This document shows, piece after piece, positions 36,451 to 50,039 of a stretch of DNA of 64,000 nt (the first letter of the stretch is position 1; each line of letters begins with the position of its first letter). The DNA comes from Cyanophora paradoxa CCMP329 (taxonomy: Eukaryota > Plantae > Glaucophyta): positions 1-64,000 of the forward strand of contig QPMI01000685.1 of assembly GCA_004431415.1 (NCBI GenBank). The letters are read 5' to 3'. The position numbers were made by a program, and so were the translations under genes. The notes beneath the pieces were generated by a model. It was not told the DNA's origin and made no database searches. It worked only from the letters and a program-made list of their open reading frames with translations.

Positions 36451-37671
36451 ATGTCGACGCGCGTGCACTGCTCTCTCTCCACTGAGACGAGTTGCGTAGA
36501 ACCAGGCGTCGACCCAGATCTGGCTCCTCGTCGCATTAGCGTTCCTGGTTCGAAAGTGCTTCCAGAGGAGGCGGCGCGTGAATGCAGCCGAGGAGGCAGA
36601 GAAGCTGCTGGCGGCGCTGACGGCGAGCGGCAAATCTGAGGAGATCCAAGGCGCCATCGACGCGCTCGAGCAGTCCGACGACTTTGACGGCGTGGAGCAG
36701 GCACGCGAGTTTGCTTTAGCTATTGTAGACGCTGTTCATCGCTAGCAGGTTTGTGCCCGCGTCGGAGAGCGGCTGGAGGACGTGACGCGGAAGCTCGACG
36801 GCGACGATGCTGACAAGTGCGTTTTGCGTCATTCGATGCCGCTGGCGTTGATCGCGGCGCGCCCGACCGACAGAATGGACGCCTGCCACACCCTAGCCTT
36901 CATTCTGCAGCTCCGCCGCGTGCAGAAGCGCCTGCTGGCGGTGCGCGCTCGAAAGCAACCCCCAGCGCGCTTAGCTTCACGTCACGCGCTCCCGGAGCTC
37001 AAGTGTAGAGCTCTAGCCGGAGGCTTAGATGGCACTCTAGACTAAAAAAAGTGCGGGCCTGGCCCTCCGGATACCGCCCTCACGCCGCGCCGCAGATGCC
37101 CTCTGCGATCGCAAAGGTCTCCGAGCTGCTCGAGAAGGAATCTCCGCCCGGCATCCAGGAGCGCGCCATGGCCGTGCTGGTGCGTACCCTCCGGCGCCCC
37201 TCGTACGTATACCCCGACCGCTTATGCGGTACCCCAGAACGCGGTGCTGGACGCGGCGAAGTTTGAGGACGTCACGCGGATGCGAGAGGCCGGAGTGGAC
37301 AAGCGCGTCGCCCGGCTCGCCCTCAGCGTTCAGGCGCGCTGTACCCCCCAGGGCTTGCGTGTACCCCCTCACGCCCCTCGCAGGAGGTCCGCGGCAAGTC
37401 GGAGCTGCGCAAGCTCACGGAGCGGTGCGCGGCGCTCGCGATTCCATCGCATCCGCCCAGGCCGGAGCCGAGCCCGCCCGGCAGGTACATGACCACCCTT
37501 CTGGACATTATGGAAGAGGAGAAGCAGAAGGGGGAGAAGAAGGCGCGGAGGCGGGCCGGCGCGGCGGGGGCCGGCGCGGATGGCGCGGCGGACGCCATCA
37601 AGGAGGGGCAGGCGCCGGCGGCGAAGGCCGAGGACGACGTCGACGTGGCCGGCAAGGAGAAAGGCCAGTAG
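36451..37671 (+). CDS. Hypothetical helical (ARM-like) protein
   Basis: Spliced helical exons RMDACHTLAFIL, AIAKVSELLEKESPPGIQERAMAVL and YMTTLLDIMEEEKQK. Confidence 0.55.
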
Positions 37672-37811
37672 GGTTAGAATTCGAAGGACCTGATCCTCTT
37701 AGAGTCTTGAAGACTGCGCCCGTGTGTGCGCAAGCAAAACGTTGACGTGCGCGCGTTCCCTCGTCTTCAGAGGCTGGCCGAGGGAGGGCGGCCGCGGGCG
37801 CCGTGCTCGCG

Positions 37812-38734
37812 CTAGGACGGGGGCGGCGGGGCGATGCCCAGGAGGGCGAGGGTGCGCTCGTGGCGGCGCCCCTTGAAGAACTTCTCCAGCGCCGCCGCGA
37901 ACGGCTCCTCCCCTGGGGGCCTCATCGTGAGGCGCGCCGAGTGTCGCGCGCGGGGGCGGGAGGGCCGGGCGCGGACCGGAGGCGGGGGCGGCGGCGAGGT
38001 CGAAGAGGGTCATGCAGGCGGAGAACTTGAGGTCGTCGGGGGGCCCGAAGAGCAGCACGGCGCTCGCCGTCTTCGCCTCCAGCGCCAGCGCCGTCACCTG
38101 CGCGCCCGCCGGCATCGGCGGCCGCCTCGCAAATTGAAGAATGAAATTTGATCGGACCTCGCGGAGGCGGGGTCCGAGGAGCGGGTGCGCGAGGTACGCG
38201 CGGGCCTCGTCCAGCGACGCGATGCCGAAGTGGCGCGACTTGGCGCTCGTGCCCAGGCTGCGCAGCTGCGGGAAGATAAACCTGCCGCCGCCCGCGCGCC
38301 CGGGTCGAATGTTAACGTCCGAGGGGAGCGGCTCGGGTAGGCGGGCGGATCGCGACGAACCACATCCAGTGCGATGTCTTCTTGCCCGCGCGCATCTCAC
38401 GGAGAACACGGGGCCATGCCGGCTCCTGAGCCTGCACGAAGCGCCGCAGCTGGAAGGGGTCGCTGCCCGCAGCCGCAGCCGGAGTCGATGTTGCTGTCCC
38501 TCCAGAGTTCACGTGCGGCGGAATGCCGTCCTCCTCGTCGGAGGGATGCGCTGCTGCTGACGCGGCGGCCGCGGCAGGCCGTACGCGTGTGATCGTCCGA
38601 CCCGCGGGCGCGGCTGGACGCGCAGTGCCAGCTGCGGCCGGAAGTGCTGCAAACCTGGATGCTGGAGCTGCCGGTCTGCTTGGCTTGGCTGCCAGCGGCG
38701 GTGGCGCCGCGAACGCGGGCCGGGTCGAGGTCAT
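37812..38734 (-). CDS. DUF1810 (Rv1873-like) family protein with putative organellar transit peptide
   Basis: LRRFVQAQ..W.RVLREMRAGKKTSHWMWF|IFPQ..LG.S.KS..FGI.SLDEARAYLAHPLLGPRL...FGPPDDLKF.ACMTLF. Ala/Pro/Arg-rich leader begins MTSTRPAFAAP. Confidence 0.92.
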
Positions 38735-39549
38735 ATGCGCCTGCCGCGGCCCTCCAACGTTCATCCGCAGCTGCAGTGACGTGCGCAGCTAACGATGCCA
38801 ATGGTCTTGAAAGTTTGAGCGGCTCGCTGACGGGCGGAGGTGTGATTGAGCAGGTCTGATCGCTCGGATCGGCCGCTCCTGGGCCTGCAAGCTCTTCCGA
38901 TCCTGGCTAGCGTGTTGCAGGTTCTGTGCTGAGCTTGCGATGCCTTCTGCGGGCTGTGAGCGAGGCTGTGAGCGAGGGGGAGCTGCGAGCTGCGAGCGGA
39001 GGTGAGCGCTCCTGCGCCGCGTACGCATGCACATTGCACCTGGATCGCGCTACAGTTGCAGATCGTGCCAGGGAAGTCAGCTGCAGGGGCTTTGGGGTGG
39101 GCAGTCAGCGGCGTTGGGTTGTACCCCCGGCCCAGCTCATGAGCCTCATGTCAGCCTCGTACGCGTGAATCTCGACAATTACGGCGGAGCGCCGACGTCG
39201 ACGCGTACGTATATACGGCGCCTCCGGCCCTGCAGCTGCCGAGTTCGGGCCATGGCCAGCCCCGCGCGCCCGCGCGCATGCGCAGTATACGTCGACGTCC
39301 CTCGAGCTCATGATCAATTGCAAATTATTAAAGCCCCGAAATTAATTAAAGACGCTCGAGGCCGTCCTTCCAGTCTAGTTTTGCATGGCGCGATAGTCCC
39401 GGAGTCCAGGCCAGCCCTTCAAGGCTTCAATTTGCGGCCTGCCTGATAAAGGCGGGGGCTTTTGTTCGCAGCCTGAAGAAGCATCCGCGGCCGGAGGATA
39501 GTATTCGAGGCTAGCGACAGCATACATGTACATAAGCATGCCTAGCGCT

Positions 39550-41345
39550 TCAAGGCCAGGAGGACTGCGGCGGCGGCTCTTCGCGATCCGCGCCATCGCC
39601 GGCGCCGACCGCCCCGTCGGCCTCCGCGCCTGCCGCCGCCGGCGCCGTGGACGGGGCCGGCGCGTCCCACTGAGCGGGCGGGGCCGGCGCGTCCCACTGC
39701 GCGGGCGGGGCCGGCACATCCCACTGCGCGGGTGGCTGCCCGAGCGGTGCCGCCAGAGGCATAGTAGCGGGCCACGAGGGGGGTGGAGGGTAGCCTGGGT
39801 AGGGGTACGCGTAGAACGGGACCTGCGAGCAGTCGACGGCCCCGCAGCAGTGGGGGCAGAGGCCGACCTGCGGAGCAAGGGGCCGGGCCGCGTCTCGCAC
39901 AGATCTGGAGGGGTACGAGGAAGGGAAGAGGCCGCGCACCCCGGGCTGGCTGGAGGGGAGGAGCGGAGGCGGCCGGCTCGCGGGGCCCCTGACGGCGAGG
40001 GGCAGCCCGGGGGGTCGGTAGGGCCCCGTCGGCTGCCCTCGCGCCTCCCGCTCGGCCGGCGGCGGCGGCGGAGCCAGCTGCAGGCCCGGGGGACGGTACG
40101 GGCGCGCGGGTCGCGCGGGGGCAGAAGCCGGGGCGGGAGCAGGGGCGGGGGCGCCTGCAGGCGGCTCCAGAGCATCGCCGGCTGGAGGAGCGGCCTCCTC
40201 GGGGGGCGCAGGCCAGCCGGCGGAAGGGGCTGGGCCGCCTCCAGGGGGTGGGGCGTACGGCCGGGGCGCAGCGAGCGCGGGGAAACCCGAAAGGTGCGAT
40301 GGGGCCGGCAGGCTGTACCCGGGAGGCAAGTCGTGCGGGTGTACGGCCGAAGGCTGGTCGACAGCGACGGGGGGCGAATCGGAGGGGAGGAGGGTAGTAG
40401 TGCGGGACGATGAGGGGGGGGCAAAGTTGTCAGACTCCGCGGGTGGGGCGGGAGGGGCGCGGGCAAGGGATCCGGACTGTGACGGAAGGGGCGGGAAAGC
40501 GCTCGAGCTCGAGGCGCCGGGTGCCGCTGCGGAGCCGTCAGCTCGTCCCGCGCCGGACGACAGGGCGCAGGGGGCGGCGCCGGCACCGTACCAGTTCCGG
40601 GGCCCGTGGCGGCCTGCAGCTGGCCCCAGGCCGGGAGCGGGAGGGCGGCGGCGGGGGCGGAGAAGACGGGCAGAGGGGCGGGGGCCGCGGGCTGCGGGGC
40701 GGGCTTGCTGGCCGAGCGGCCGCCCTGCTTGGCGGAGGCGGCCGGCTTGGGCTTTGGCTTCGCCGCCTCCAGCGCCCTCCTGCGGCCCCGGCCCCGACCT
40801 CAGCGGCGCAGAAGACAGTTCAGTGAGGAATAAACATCGGAGCGCGCCTCTGCGCCTCCGCGCGCTGCTTGTGCGCCTCGCTCTGAATGTGCTGCCGCGC
40901 CGTGCATGTGATTAGCTGTCGAGAAAAGGATCTTGTGGAAGATTTAAAAAGAGAGAAGAGCACCTGCTCGAGCTGCTGGGCGCTGTTGAACTGCTTCGAG
41001 CAGAGCTCGCAGCGGCCGCGGATGGGCAGCGCGCGGGCGGGCTCGGCGGCAGGGGCGGCGGGGCGGGCGGGCGGCGGACGGCCGCGGGAGCGGTCGCGAT
41101 CGGCGCGCGGGCGGCTCGAGCTCAGCGGGCTCCTCGGGCTCCTCGGGCGGGGCGCTGGGGGCGAGGGCGCGGCGGGGGCGGGCTTGGCGTCGCCGGCTAT
41201 CGCCGCATCGCCCGGCTTCGCGTGCTCGGAGCGCGGCGGGCGGCGGGTCTCCTTGCCGGGCCGGCAGACCGTGTGGCCCCGCACGGCCCCTCCGCACTGC
41301 GGGCACAGCACGCCCCCCACGCGCCGCCCGGCCTCCCGCTTCATC
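39550..41345 (-). CDS. Proline-rich protein with a matrin/U1-type C2H2 zinc finger
   Basis: CELCSKQFNSAQQLEQ|HIQSEAHK. The P/Y-rich C-terminus has three PAQWD(V/A)PAP repeats. Confidence 0.65.
39652..39732 (-). repeat. 27-bp coding tandem repeat x3 (PAQWDxPAP)
   Basis: CGGGGCCGGC(GCG/ACA)TCCCACTG recurs at 27-bp spacing. Confidence 0.85.
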
Positions 41346-41549
41346 TTGTTCCTGCGCCCAAAACCCAAAGGTCGTGCTTCAGCTAAAGTAGGTTATGTAA
41401 GAGAGAGCCAAAAAAGGATCCTTCAGAATTCACCAACAAGTCTTGTGCAAAGCCGCGCTGCAATCGCCCGAGCAGTCGACCTCGACGAACCTGCACGAGT
41501 GAGTTAATATTCATGGCGAACGGCATCTCACGAACGCTGGCTCACTCCT

Positions 41550-44500
41550 CGTTCGGCTTGATCGTTTCGCGGCAGCCGACTGCGAGACACGGGCGGCACG
41601 CAGGGTCCGCTGGAGCTGGCTGAACCGCCGGTGCGCTCGAAGACGGCGTCACAAGGGCAGCGCGTTCTGCCGCCCCGAGGGCGCTGCCCGCGGCCGCCGC
41701 CGGATTCGACCACGAGCGGTTAGGGGCCGCGTGTACTTCGACTGCAGCTGGATTGATATCACCCTGCACGTGAGGACGCCCGGTAACCTGTACCGATGCG
41801 TCTGATGCCTGCTGCCCTCCTCGTGATTGTCCTCGCTGCCCTCCGGTACCGGTATCCCTCCCGTCTGCCAGAGGACGCTGCAATCAGCTGCGCCCTCGCG
41901 ATCGCCGCGCTCGATGCGTGATGCTCTGATCATGACAGTCACGCACCCGACGGCGACGCCGATCGAACCATTTCTGGAGGGGGGCTGGCCGCCGCACAGC
42001 AGGGTGGAGCGCCGCCGCTCACCACCGGGTCGGTTGGAGCTTTTGCAGCCTGGGCCGAGCGCGAGACCTTCCAGAAGAGAAATCAGAGCAGATAGACGGT
42101 CGCAGCAGCGTTCTGGAACTTTAGACCTGATCATTTGACGCCCCGCGAGTGACGCCTTCCGCGGAACTGTCGATTTGGCCTCCAGATGTTTCTCCCGCAC
42201 AAGGCTTCGACCTCTGCGTTTTTGTCAGTACTGCGCATCGGCAGATTATATATAAGAGCAAGCGGTCGCGGGCGACGCGCCTGCTTGCAATTGCTCTCCG
42301 TATGCTCCAAAGCTGGCACTGCTCTAGATCTTGACTTCTGAAGCTGGCGGGCCTTCGCATTTGAAACGTTAACTTGCTGGCCCGAACTCACACTCGAGCT
42401 CACGATCGTCTTTGGTGCTGAAGCAGTTGTCGATGTCGAATCTGCGGCCTGGATCCGGAAGCCCAACAGGTGAGCGAGATTCTGCAATAGTGGCGGCAAC
42501 CGCACCTGTGGAGATACCGATGCGGCAGCAGAAGTCGATGTCGACTGCCGAATGCTGGACGACCCCGATGCTGCTGCCGTCTTGACTAGCTTCTGCTGCT
42601 GCGATTGCCGATCCTTCACATGTACAGAGGCACGCGGCTCCGATCGCTTATCTGATTTGTTGCTCGCCGACACTGGGACAGCGGGAGGGCGACGCCGGTA
42701 TCCGCAGAAGTAGAGCGCGTTGGGGTCCATGCAATACGAACACAGGCTGTGGTACTCCTCGCGACCGGGCTTGAACCACCGGCTGCATTTCAAACAGAAG
42801 ATCCGGTTAGCGAGCTTGTAGAGCTTCTTCAGCAGCTGTCGCGGGGTCGAAGAAGAGGGTACATCGGGCTTCACGATTTTGGCCTTGCCGCAAAAAATCC
42901 TCGCGCTGCAAGACGGGCACTGTTCGAAGAACTTGCGGGCGGTGAACGTTGCTTTGCACGCAAGGCAGCAGTTGTTGGATCTAAGTGTGAAGGCTTCTTC
43001 GATATCCTGCTGCGAGTCTTCTGGCTGCGGGGAGGTTTCGACGGGTGCGCATTCCTCCATGACCGACGCCACCAGCTTTTCAGAGACTTCGGGGGGAACA
43101 GGGGGGACTTGATGGCCCTCCACGGCAAGGCTGCTTGCACAGTAACACCGCCAAAGAAGAGCCCTGGCGGTGTGGTCATGAGACAGTTCGAGCTCGCGCT
43201 ACATGACATAATCACGTGCACCTTCGAAGAAATTCAGCCATAATCCTCGAAGACCCGACGGAGTGCCGGAGGCGCATAATGCGAGGGATGATCTCGGAGT
43301 CGACTTCTCGCACAACATCTTCATAAATATCGCAGATGCCCCAACAAACTGCAAATATCGCGAAGGTCGATACAAATCCAGCGTCACCAATGCATGCACA
43401 TGCATATGCATGAAAAGCAGCATCGAACCGACTCGCTCGTAGCGGGACCGGATGCAGTCGGGGTGACGAAGAATGACATGCTCAAGCGCATACATGGCCC
43501 AGTCATAGAAGCGTTGTTTCAAGCACCACGATGCAACCACCTGCAAAACAAGATGCAAAAACGGATGTTACAATAATGATCAATGGAAATGGTAGCTATA
43601 TGTATGCGAGTACTGCTAAGAGGCCACGCATACACACCCTGTCTTCGTCGTCTTCCAGCGCAACGTCACTGATCGTGATGGGGTCGAATGCTCGCAGCAG
43701 GGCTTCGTCGGACACAGACGGTTTTCGAATGCCGACAAATAGTCGCGCTGAGCTCAAGCACATTGGGCAGGATGCAAAGAACGACTTCGGCGGGAAATCA
43801 GCTCTGCACACAATGCACGAGCTCGTCTCCGGCAGGCTGAACATGCTTTCAATCGAATCTCGTGGTACTTCCTTTCCAGGAATGACCGGAAGTCCTTGGT
43901 AGTGGTCGACGACCGGCACTTGCGTCGCTCGATCAAGCATCGATTTCAACGCCGACGCGTCTTCACGGTGCAGCCTTGTCGAGAGGGGCTGCTGCAACAT
44001 TCGTTGAACGGAAGCTGCTTTCTCCTCGTTGAGGCGAAGCAACGAGGGCGGCGGAGAATCGCTGCACTTCGCATCTCCACAGAAAAGAAGACACCAGCAG
44101 CCGGGACACCTCGCGTAGAAGTTGCTAGCATTCACTGCCGTGAGACATTCAGGACATCTCAACCGCTGCAAGAGCGTGAAGTCTTCTTCAAGCTCCTTTT
44201 TCGACACCTTGAGCTCCGTGACCGACATGCCCCGAATAAACGGAAGGGGTAGCTGTTCTGGCTCTGCGGCTGCTGCAGCTGCCTGCGAGATTTGCGATTG
44301 CAATCGACCAAAATTTACTTGCATTGTCTGTGAATGTGCATTTATATATGCTCGAACATGTGTCAGCCTGCGGAATCAACTTTAATGATCAGCTTCATGA
44401 AAATGATTTTCTTTGTTAGAATATACGTATACATGATGCGAACTCACACTGAATCGAAAAACGTCACCACGCGGTCTGTTAGCAGATCGGGTTCCATCGA

Positions 44501-47500
44501 CCTTAGATGGACTGCGAGCGACAGCGAGTTTGGAATGATCGCCACGCCAAAAGCGTCGTGTTCGGCTATGCTCTTCCCTGACGGCATCCAAGCTCAAGGC
44601 ATTAGTACGCATACTCGGGGGTTTCACGTGCAGGAGGAAGGAAGCTGTAACGCACGAAGCGAGTCGAATTGGCCGCAAAACGTCATGTGAAAAGGAGATC
44701 CGCCACTGACAGCACGCTTCGCCGATTTATACGCCAACGAACACGCATGGTTGAGAAGCTTAAGAACTTCAATCTAGAGGAGGCGCAAATCATGGTCAGC
44801 AAAATTCGCTTAAAATTCGGAGAAGAAACCGTGAACCTTATTCAAATTGGCATCGGATCGCAATATCTCTGAAACGCATGAGTTCGAAAATTCGCATTCT
44901 GGATTCTGACTTGCATATGCATCGATGTCGAATTCGAAATCAAGAGCACCCTGAACCCGATTATTATTGTGCGTATGCGAGAGCAGAGACCAAGGTTATT
45001 GATGACATGCATTGTGTTACCTCGCCCTCTGCCATGTGCGTTAAATTCATCCGCATGGTTTCTGCAGTCGCCCCCATCGATTGCAATTCAAATCCTTGCG
45101 ATTCTGAACAGAAAGCTTGGCTTAATCCAACAGAAATTGATATGAGAATCAATATTCAGATCCCATAGAGCACCTTCAGAGCGAGAAGAATCGTCGACGT
45201 CATCATGTGAAGTCGAAATTCCACACGCAGGTATGCATGTCTCGTTCATATTCACGCGCGGTAGAGACACCTCACAGCTCTTACTGCTCAATCTTGCAAT
45301 CGAAATGTCAGCATTCGATGGCGATCAGAAGTCCAATTACAGCTTACCCGATGTGATCGATGCCGGCCGCAGATTCTACAGCTGCAGTCTGGCCATGGAT
45401 ATCAGACGCCTTAAATAGTTCTGGGTCCGATGGAGCCTTGAGCGCTAGCTTGGGTCCAAAGCAAGCCTCGCTGGTGCCGCATGGCACCGTGGCCGTTTCC
45501 GCCGTGCACGCATATGCATGCGCCATCGATATCCGACCATGACTCGAGCTTGCTTCAGGTCCGCCGTCTGCTTGCAAGTCGTTGGCCTGCAGCCGCTTCG
45601 AATTCTCAAGAGCCTTTTTCCGCACACTGTGGATACCGTGATTAAAAGCTTTGCACATGTCGTTGTCGTAGGGATCGCGCACGTTTCGAGGAGTTTCTTG
45701 CTCTCGTCATCAGTGCAAGTGGAAGCTTTTGCGGCGAGTTCTGCTGCGACTCGATCGGCCTCTTCAATCACGTCTTCAAAGAGCCCAAGCCCCATCCAGC
45801 AGCCTGTGCATGCTCTTCGTTAAGACAGCTTGGAAGTTTGCGCACGTATACGTGGACGGTCGAGCGGAAGACGCGGCAGTATGGAAGTTTGCGCACGCAG
45901 ACGGTCGAGCCGAGTCGTTATGCAGGAGGGATCCCGGGCGATCAGGGCATTTAGGATGGGTCGCGCCTTTGACCACTGCGACTGCTTGAGGAGCCGCGCA
46001 ACAGCAACCTGCGCATGGACAGCACCAGACAGCAATTCAAACAAAATTAAATCAAGCTCGAAAATCAGGTCTAGCTATCGCTTTTGTCTGACCTTCTGAG
46101 TCTGGATCTCTTTTCCAGCAATGTGAATGCCTGCAGCTGCAGCTGGTCGCGATGGCTGTTCAACAGCTCCAGGCTGCTGTCTCAATCGCTGCTTTTCAGA
46201 TACGGCTGTGTCCGGCTGCCCGGCTGATGTATTGACTTCTGGTTTTCTGAGGTACGCGCAGAAGATGGCCTTCGAATCGGGAGGGCAGCCAGGACACCTC
46301 GTGAAATAATCGGACGCTTGGATTCGCTGCTTGCACATGAAGCAAACACTCTCGTGCGCCTTTTTGTACATCTTCTTGAGCGTGTGGCGTGGAGTACTTG
46401 CTGGAGGGGGCGCTTCCATGGTGAGATTACATAAAGGTCGTCCATGGAAACATTCTATGTCGCAGTGTCGGCAGTGCGTGTAGAAGTTGTTGACAGTCAG
46501 AGGTTGTGTACAGTACTTGCAATACACTGTAGTATTGGTTGGGATTGTGAACGACTTGGCAAGCTCTTCGTCAGGCATTCGAGTGCGAGGTGCGATCCCC
46601 GCTGGCAGACCAACGTCGGACTCATGACCGAGTCGATGTGCGAACAACTTGGATATGGTGAAGCTTATCTCAGAAGAAAGTGATACCGGCTGGCCCGTTT
46701 GAAGAGCAATTTGACTGCTTGCAAACATGCGCCACTGAAGAGCACTGCGCAAATAATTGGCCATGAGTTTAATAATTTGATACAGCTGGCAATCCGTTGA
46801 ATTCGCGATTAATGGTCCGCAATCAGTTAACGTTATTATTGCAAGTCCCGCACCGGTCTAGCCAAGAATACAAGTTCAAGCTAGCACCGAAGCGCTCAAG
46901 CAGTGATAAAGCCCGTGGAAGAATCTCGGTATCGATTTCTTTGATGATTTCAGCAGAGAATCCAGCAAATATAACACCCCAGCACACTGCGTGAACAATT
47001 ACCATATGCATATACATCGATTGAAAGCAAGAAAAGCATTGGAATGGATGTGCAGAATCACACCTAGGCGTTCAACTCGCGACCGGATGCAGTCAGGCTC
47101 ACGGTGGATAGCGTTTGACAACGCGAGCATGGCCGAAGTGTACTCTCGCTTCTCAAGGTACCAGGTTGCGCACAACTGCGAATGAACATGCGTGAGCCAC
47201 ATAGGCTTTACTAAGGGCATCTGTGCAACCGCAAACCCGGTCTTCATCGTCTTTCAAGGCCATGTCGCAGATGGTGATTGGATCAAACGCTCGCATCAAG
47301 TCGCCCTCTGATACTGACGACCTCGTTTGCCCGACAAACACATCCTGGCCGCAAGTGGAGCAACGAACAGTAAATGATCCTGCAGAGAGTCCACGGCCAG
47401 AGGCTGGCAGCTGAATTTCTGCGGTACACATGTAGCAGTTGAAGGGAGACGATCTCGGCAGTTCGAAGAAGCGCTCCAGGGTCTTCACAGGCACACTTGA

Positions 47501-48940
47501 GCTTGGAAACACTTTAGGCCCGCCGGCAGCAGGGGCCGTGGGCCCCTGCTGCAGCTGCAGTTCGGAAGCGTATGGGCATTTACCCCGCTGCGTCCACACA
47601 TTCTCCCGCAGATCGACAGGATACGCTCCACAGAAGTAAACCTGGTCACATCCAGGACAGCGCGAGAAAAATTCGAGCTCGATAGGCCTGAACGCCGACT
47701 TGCAGGTGAAGCAATAAAAAACGTGTAAGAAACAAAAGTTCTGCCGCAAGTTTTCCGCTGGTGTGTCTGGGGGAGGCGGATCCGGAAGGGCTCGAGTTGC
47801 ATGAGCATAGAACTCCTCGTCAGCGCACATTGCAAGAATGTGATTGCGAGCCTGATTGAGCCTAAATTACAAAGAGTGCGCAAGAAATGCGCGCACAGGA
47901 AAGTTAGACAGAGAGCAAAATAAAATGACGGCATTTCATAAATTTAATAGCGCACATGTACAAAGCTGGCGAACGTTGCAATGCGGGTCGCAGCTTTTCA
48001 ATCATATCGAGTGCATCAAGAAGATGCCCAGTATCAATAAATCGATCTGCAGGCGTTCATGAGCTGCTGATCATGATCATGATCATGCGCGTGACAGTTC
48101 GAGCTGATCATAATGTTATATCCGGTCGAACGCACACAAGAGTGTAAGTCCGAAATGGGGGGTGCGAAGGTACGCGTCCCAGGGGAGATTTTGTAGGTTT
48201 CGCACCCAAGACACGTTGAGAGCATTTTCGATCAATTGCAAACACAGCACCATTTCCTGGATTTCGAAATAATTAAAGAGGTGGACTCGGAAGTCAACTA
48301 AAGCCTATAAATAGAGCTTGAGAAATCAAAGCGGATATTCAATCGCTGACCTTGAACTTCGCTGGTAGCTCGCTGATAGATCGCACTTGGCTGCATACAT
48401 TTTCGTTGTCTGCGGCAGGAGCCATTTGGATATTCTGTAGCAGATCGAGAGTCGAGAACCGAGAGTAAGTATACGTGGGAGAAGTTGAGCATGCACACGC
48501 GCGCACCACAGGGCCTTGACGTGTATGACGCTCAGATGCAGTGGACGATGACGGCTTCGACGTCGAAATCGCTGTGAAGTGCCCAGACAGTCTGGTGGAT
48601 GAGGTGAGCCCATAACCATGTTCAGCCCGCGCCGTGTGCAGCAACTTGGAGATATTCGACAAAGCCTGCAGCTGATCAAAAAAAGAGACGTTCATTGAGC
48701 GCATCCGTGACCATGAGCTGGGCACCTCCTGCAAATCTAGCCAGTGGACTTGGGCTGGAGATGGGGGAGCTGTTGTACCACTCCTCGATTCGACATGGGC
48801 TTTATTTCTTCCGTGTGATGAGATATCAGAGCTGGGATCCGGAGTTGACATAGCAGCAAACAGCTGCGCCGGATGGCCCTTCTAGCTGAAGAACTCGCGA
48901 TCGATCCGGATTTGCTGTGCGGTGCGCGCGCCCTCATGAA
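41550..48940 (-). CDS. Large unrecognised protein: eight Cys4 zinc-ribbon-like repeats plus TPR-like helices, with an internal ~3.6-kb duplication (ends uncertain; could be two tandem genes)
   Basis: ORFs 47153-47830, 46075-46764, 43596-44324 and 42131-43123 each carry two CxxC..CxxC..F(C/V/H)(G/A) units. RAFDPITI.D.AL.DDEDR and PDCIRSR.ER each occur twice. Confidence 0.7.
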
Positions 48941-50039
48941 CGCGTCAGGATCAGGCTGGTCGGCATGTAAAGCTCAGCGGCAATTGAAGGCGACTCAGGA
49001 GCGCATGCACGTGGCGCGCCGGTTGGATGCGGTTGCTGCGGGCCGGGCACGTGACTGCGGCCTCCTCTAGATCTACGTACACCTTTAATTTACGTATACT
49101 GGCTAAAAATGGCGCCAAGCCTGCTGCAGCTGCAGCTGCAGCTGCGCCGCGCGCGGTACGTCGGAAGCTTGCGCGTGCGGCCGCGCACAGCACTAGTACT
49201 TGATCCGGATCCCGGAGGTGGAATTCAAAGCTGCAGCTGGAGCCTGGAACTGCCTGGCAAGCAGACGCTGCCGATAAGCTTCTGAGCCCTATGGATGTGC
49301 CTTGATGGCATCAAGCGCGTCCGCGCCGGTCGCGCGCGGCCCGAGCTCGAGCGAGTTTGGAATTCACGAATCGAAACCTGCGCGGCCGCGGCCTTGATGA
49401 GCGCGAGCGACGGCGTGCGGGGCGACGAGGTGGTTCTCTTTGCTCTATGCATCGAGTGGGTGCTCCTAAGATCGCCAGCGAGCCCGCTTTACTCCCTGCC
49501 CGCTCTCTCGCGCCAACCCGGCCCGTCTCGCACGCTGCGCCCTTGAGCTCGGAAGGCGAAACCTCTATGCATCAATAGGTGGATCTATAGGAACGCGCTC
49601 TTGGCGGTGGTTGGGTGCCGGCGGGTCTCTCGCTTGCGCCAACCGAGCTCGCACGCAGCACCCTAGGACTGAGCGCGGAAAGGGAGAACAGCGGACCCTC
49701 GATCGATTTCCGCCACCCGGTTCGTCGACGCTGCGCCACGGGCGGGCAGCTTACTTGGCATGCGCAGCTGCAGCTTGCTACAATTGTGCTGTATCCCCCG
49801 GCCGGGTTGGCCGCTGGCCGCTGGCACCAGTGCTGGGTTGGCCGTACGCGTGAGCGACTTTTTTGCCGAATCCGAAGTGCGCAAGCGGCCCGGCGGTACG
49901 GATCGCACCCGGAGATCGTGCGCGCCCGACATCCAGCCAGCGCCACGTAGAAGTCAGCGACCGACCAACCGTAGCACACGTTTCGCGCGGTGCTCGGGTG
50001 CGCCGACCGGCGGCGCGCAGGCCTTGCGAGATCGGTGGG

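Noticed and set aside
41550-48940. KDZ/Zisupton or other CxC transposase
   Set aside because: No transposase catalytic core or element termini could be identified.
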